Origin: Nitrosopumilaceae archaeon
GTDB lineage: Archaea; Thermoproteota; Nitrososphaeria; Nitrososphaerales; Nitrosopumilaceae
Direction of reading: 5' to 3'
Length of the DNA stretch: 64,000 nt
Assembly: GCA_965203465.1 (NCBI GenBank)
Contig: CBDBCR010000001.1
Span: forward strand, 448,001-512,000
Below the pieces are notes generated by a model that saw only the letters and a program-made list of their open reading frames with translations, searched no databases and was not told the DNA's origin. Both the position numbers and the translations under genes were made by a program. Positions 60,601 to 64,000 of the stretch are shown piece by piece (position 1 is the first letter of the stretch; every line of letters begins with the position of its first letter).

Positions 60601-63600
60601 GCATCGCGGCGGCCAACGTATCGCTGGCAAAGGCCGCCGACACAACCGCCCCGACCCTCTCGTCGGCCTCGCTCAACCAGGGGACCGGCGCCTGGACTGT
60701 CGCCTTTTCGGAGATCGTCTCTGCCGGCTCGGCGGTAGGCACCACGATTTACGTCGGCACCAGCACCACGTACAATTCCACAAACGACGTGGCGCTGACC
60801 GTCCCCTCGACCGCGGCCTCGGCCTCGGGCACGCTCTCTACATCGGACATCCAAAAGGTGCTGGCCCTGACGGGCCCCAAAGTGTACGTGGTGGCCAACG
60901 CCGTCCAGGATACGAGCAACAACGGCATCGCGGCGGCCAACGTATCGCTGGCAAAGGCCGCCGACACAACCGCCCCGACCCTCTCGTCGGCCTCGCTCAA
61001 CCAGGGGACCGGCGCCTGGACTGTCGCCTTTTCGGAGATCGTCTCTGCCGGCTCGGCGGTAGGCACCACGATTTACGTCGGCACCAGCACCACGTACAAT
61101 TCCACAAACGACGTGGCGCTGACCGTCCCCTCGACCGCGGCCTCGGCCTCGGGCACGCTCTCTACATCGGACATCCAAAAGGTGCTGGCCCTGACGGGCC
61201 CCAAAGTGTACGTGGTGGCCAACGCCGTCCAGGATACGAGCAACAACGGCATCGCGGCGGCCAACGTATCGCTCGCAAAGGCGGCAGACACCACGGCCCC
61301 GACCCTCTCGTCGGCCTCGCTCAACCAGGGGACCGGCGCCTGGACTGTCGCCTTTTCGGAGATCGTCTCTGCCGGCTCGGCGGTAGGCACCACGATTTAC
61401 GTCGGCACCAGCACCACGTACAATTCCACAAACGACGTGGCGCTGACCGTCCCCTCGACCGCGGCCTCGGCCTCGGGCACGCTCTCTACATCGGACATCC
61501 AAAAGGTGCTGGCCCTGACGGGCCCCAAAGTGTACGTGGTGGCCAACGCCGTCCAGGATACGAGCAACAACGGCATCGCGGCGGCCAACGTATCGCTGGC
61601 AAAGGCCGCCGACACAACCGCCCCGACCCTCTCGTCGGCCTCGCTCAACCAGGGGACCGGCGCCTGGACTGTCGCCTTTTCGGAGATCGTCTCTGCCGGC
61701 TCGGCGGTAGGCACCACGATTTACGTCGGCACCAGCACCACGTACAATTCCACAAACGACGTGGCGCTGACCGTCCCCTCGACCGCAGCTTCTGCCTCGG
61801 GGACTCTGTCGGTGTCGGACATCCAAAAGGTGCTGGCCCTGACGGGCCCCAAAGTGTACGTGGTGGCCAACGCCGTCCAGGATACGAGCAACAACGGCAT
61901 CGCGGCGGCCAACGTATCGCTCGCAAAGGCCGCCGACGCGGACGCCCCGACTCTTTCGTCGGCCTCGCTCAACCAGGGGACCGGCGCCTGGACTGTCGCC
62001 TTTTCGGAGATCGTCTCTGCCGGCTCGGCGGTAGGCACCACGATTTACGTCGGCACCAGCACCACGTACAATTCCACAAACGACGTGGCCCTGACCGTCC
62101 CCTCGACCGCGGCTTCTGCCTCGGGCACGCTCTCTACATCGGACATCCAAAAGGTCATCGCCATGACCGGCCCCAGGGTGTACGTGGTGGCCAACGCCGT
62201 CCAGGACACCTCGAACAACGGCATCGCGGCGGCCAACGTAGCGCTGGCAAAGGCCGCCGACAACACCGCCCCGACCCTCTCGTCTGCCTCCATACACGAG
62301 GGGACGGGCGCCTGGACCGTGACGTTCTCCGAGATCGTCTCTGCCGGCTCGGCCTCTGGAACGGTCATGTACGTCGGGGAGAGCAGCACGTACGACTCTG
62401 ACACGGACGTGGCCCTGACGGTGCCGTCCCTGGCCGCGTCCTCTTCGGGCACGCTAGGCGAGGCAGACCGCCAGAAGGTGATAGCCATGGGCACACCGAG
62501 CGTCTACGTCGTGGCCAACGCCGTAAAGGACACCTCGGACAGGCAGTTTGCCGCGACCGCCGGCGTCGGCGCCTCGATAACGCAGGACACCACCCCGCCG
62601 GCGCTGGACTCGAATACGGTGCCGGACTTGGACGAGGGCACCGGCACACTCACGCTGACCTTCAGCGAGACGGTAAAGGCGGGCGACGGCGACGTGCAGC
62701 AGAACCTGATATACATCAGGGACGGGCCCGGCACCACCGGGGGCGTCTCGCTGAGCAGCGCGACCGTATCCTCGACTGGCAACGGCCTGGTCGTGACGCT
62801 GGAACTGAAAGAGCCGGAGCGGCAGTCCGCCATCGGGTACGCCGATCCGCACGTGCGCTTCGCGCCCGGTGCCGTAAAGGACACCTCGGACCAGGACGTC
62901 GCCGCGGCCACCGTCCGCATCGACGACGATACGACAGACACGATACCGCCACAACTCCTGTCGGCCGCGTTCGACGAGGGCACCGGCATACTGACGCTGA
63001 CCTTCGACGAGACCGTAAAGGCCGGCGACGCGGACGTGGGCCAGGCCAGCATGCACGTGCGCGACGGCGCGGGCCAGTCTTCCGGCGGCACGCAGCTGAC
63101 CGACGCGGAGGTCACCTCGACGGGCAACAGCGTGCGGGTTACCGTAAAGATGGGCGAGGAGCAGCGCCAGGCCGTGATCGGGTATTCGAATCCGCACTTT
63201 TACTTTGGCGCCGGGGCGGTGCAGGACACGTCGGGCACCGCCCTCGGATCCCAGATCTCGGACGCCGACATTTCCGTGACGGCCGATTCGGTCGATCCGG
63301 CCCTGCTGACGGGCCAGACGACGAGGCCCGAGATAAACGAGGGCACCGGCGAGTACACCGTCCGGTTCTCGGAGACCGTCTCTGCGGGCACCGCCTCGGG
63401 CACCTCGGTGTACGTGCGAGACGGCGCCGGCGCATACGATCCGGCCACCGACGTGCGGCTGGCCGTGCCCTCCTCTGCCGTCTCGGTCAGCGGCACGCTG
63501 GGCGAGGCCGACCGGCAGAGGATCGTGGCCATGGCCACCCCGACGGTACACGCCGTGGCCGACGCCGTCCAGGACACGCGCGGCAACGGCAGCGGCGCGG

Positions 63601-64000
63601 CAAGCTCGGCCGCGGCCATAACGCCGGACACCATAAAGCCGGAACTCTCGTCGGCTGCCCTCGACGAGGGCACCGGGGTGCTGAGGCTGACGTTCGGCGA
63701 GACCGTAAAGGCATCAGATTCGGACGTGGTCCAGTCGGGCATACACGTGGCCGACGGCGCCGTGATCGCGGGAGGCACGTCGCTGGACGGGGCGACCGTA
63801 TCCTCGACGGGCAACGGCCCGGTCGTGACAGTGCAGCTTACGGAGGTGCAGCGGCAGGCCGCCATCGGGTACACCAATCCGCACGTGTACCTCGACGCGG
63901 GAGCGGCAAAGGACACCTCGGACCAGACGGTCGCCGCGTCCACCGCGCAGACCGCCGTCCGCGTGGCCGACGAGGCCGACGACGACAAGCCGACCGTCGT
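57660..64000 (+). CDS. Giant secreted Ig-like repeat surface protein (>2100 aa, runs off the window)
   Basis: Signal peptide VLGILVLAAAALGVLAALPGAEA; same frame at spot checks 58020, 60321 and 63981; repeated D.T.P.LSSA...LTF.E.V modules. Confidence 0.9.
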   Translation, partial: MRGVLGILVLAAAALGVLAALPGAEATTPTLSTFVHGGQTFAGTLDTHNDGTWASKLTITFNTPMKAQTDDATALAGIVVKQGIANSNIVSYDPVTGHAIEFSGNTVIIRYLPAQEDGLRRHQELGSTLWIKSDALASADTSTNFSGFGRSGTIGSGTDVDNSSEALRWARDSTTPKVASATLDKDTGVLYIVADESLAYGQYGAGGTKTATYPTTLNSPGQTANANATKFHLRDGATASTGGIDMSASNSPSTHRSPVHEIRFTLSPTQLSTLIAYTNPHLHIDADAFEGLDSDGDPGTNPNAAIAKQLNYLPRLSAAELTVTTRALSLTFDESVTKNSGTFYIRNSDTGAYDSSTDVTGTLAVSGTGGTATLTASDVTRVLGMSTPHLHLNAGAVTDAGGADNLKKVRALTVTHPSPELSAAALAGTTLTLTLDIAVKSGDADVDQSKVRVRDGAGTSGGTALAGSTVSSTGDSATVTLTLTSSQVTTVEGYAAPHVYLEAGAVTSTNNVAGAAPSLSRALGIQPELESASVDLNNFTTGSGQNTAYYAGKLTLNFNVDVGVNASDADTLPKVTVREADNSPTVTLDTNASIITSTATVEIGLTPAQKEAIRAMSGNLEVLIGASAFKSDRGSLALPAVADGDLSVPSGSVTADATAPRIKSAAINEGTGIVTFNFDELVQADAADINLGNLQIYTPAEGNYPLTGSAVTSSGDAAAITIDMTESIRQNVIALSNPQYWFSGGAAVQDLDGNFVAAGTIGESTETADTLKPELSSAALDEGTGVLTLTFNETVKAGDSDVDQAKIYLVNTAVITGGTSLNGATVSSTGNGAAVTIQLTETQRQAAIGYANPYVYFDAEAVKDTSDQTIAASTTQTVTSVTDEADNDKPALSSASLNQGTGAWTVAFSEIVSAGSAVGTTIYVGTSTTYNSTNDVALTVPSTAASASGTLSTSDIQKVLALTGPKVYVVANAVQDTSNNGIAAANVSLAKAADTTAPTLSSASLNQGTGAWTVAFSEIVSAGSAVGTTIYVGTSTTYNSTNDVALTVPSTAASASGTLSTSDIQKVLALTGPKVYVVANAVQDTSNNGIAAANVSLAKAADTTAPTLSSASLNQGTGAWTVAFSEIVSAGSAVGTTIYVGTSTTYNSTNDVALTVPSTAASASGTLSTSDIQKVLALTGPKVYVVANAVQDTSNNGIAAANVSLAKAADTTAPTLSSASLNQGTGAWTVAFSEIVSAGSAVGTTIYVGTSTTYNSTNDVALTVPSTAASASGTLSTSDIQKVLALTGPKVYVVANAVQDTSNNGIAAANVSLAKAADTTAPTLSSASLNQGTGAWTVAFSEIVSAGSAVGTTIYVGTSTTYNSTNDVALTVPSTAASASGTLSVSDIQKVLALTGPKVYVVANAVQDTSNNGIAAANVSLAKAADADAPTLSSASLNQGTGAWTVAFSEIVSAGSAVGTTIYVGTSTTYNSTNDVALTVPSTAASASGTLSTSDIQKVIAMTGPRVYVVANAVQDTSNNGIAAANVALAKAADNTAPTLSSASIHEGTGAWTVTFSEIVSAGSASGTVMYVGESSTYDSDTDVALTVPSLAASSSGTLGEADRQKVIAMGTPSVYVVANAVKDTSDRQFAATAGVGASITQDTTPPALDSNTVPDLDEGTGTLTLTFSETVKAGDGDVQQNLIYIRDGPGTTGGVSLSSATVSSTGNGLVVTLELKEPERQSAIGYADPHVRFAPGAVKDTSDQDVAAATVRIDDDTTDTIPPQLLSAAFDEGTGILTLTFDETVKAGDADVGQASMHVRDGAGQSSGGTQLTDAEVTSTGNSVRVTVKMGEEQRQAVIGYSNPHFYFGAGAVQDTSGTALGSQISDADISVTADSVDPALLTGQTTRPEINEGTGEYTVRFSETVSAGTASGTSVYVRDGAGAYDPATDVRLAVPSSAVSVSGTLGEADRQRIVAMATPTVHAVADAVQDTRGNGSGAASSAAAITPDTIKPELSSAALDEGTGVLRLTFGETVKASDSDVVQSGIHVADGAVIAGGTSLDGATVSSTGNGPVVTVQLTEVQRQAAIGYTNPHVYLDAGAAKDTSDQTVAASTAQTAVRVADEADDDKPTV
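60333..62276 (+). repeat. Six near-identical 324-bp (108-aa) tandem repeats
   Basis: Units start at 60333, 60657, 60981, 61305, 61629 and 61953; a diverged unit follows at 62277. Confidence 0.95.

Noticed and set aside
60333-62276. Repeat array as CRISPR or as six minus-strand 106-aa genes
   Set aside because: Units are 324 bp without spacers and code in frame on the plus strand; the minus-strand ORFs are shadows

Overview
High-GC archaeal DNA with the gene repertoire of Nitrososphaerota (Thaumarchaeota): eukaryote-like topoisomerase IB, mitochondrial-type aconitase, a cupredoxin, intron-containing tRNAs and a giant repetitive surface protein, reminiscent of Cenarchaeum-like host-associated lineages (inference). 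The core backbone carries pyrG, trpEGDCBA, ileS, aconitase, pdxST, gdhA, pth2, psmA, Top1B, ksgA/rpoF/rpl21e/radA, rpl1/10/12, a phosphohexomutase and five tRNAs. Lower-GC accessory inserts include an EVE / PD-(D/E)XK / wHTH / HD cluster, two more wHTH paralogs, a GHKL-nuclease gene, decayed RelBE-like pairs and two copies of a MITE. The strongest signal is an archaeal IS110 element whose 5' non-coding end holds two register-aligned guide segments matching its own target flank and donor end (a readable bridge RNA); its recombinase is split by a nested intact IS630 that leaves both halves in open frames. The window ends with a pilin / PrgI-like / VirB2-like membrane cluster and a poly-G-preceded giant Ig-repeat adhesin. 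All calls come from manual motif reading; no database searches were run.
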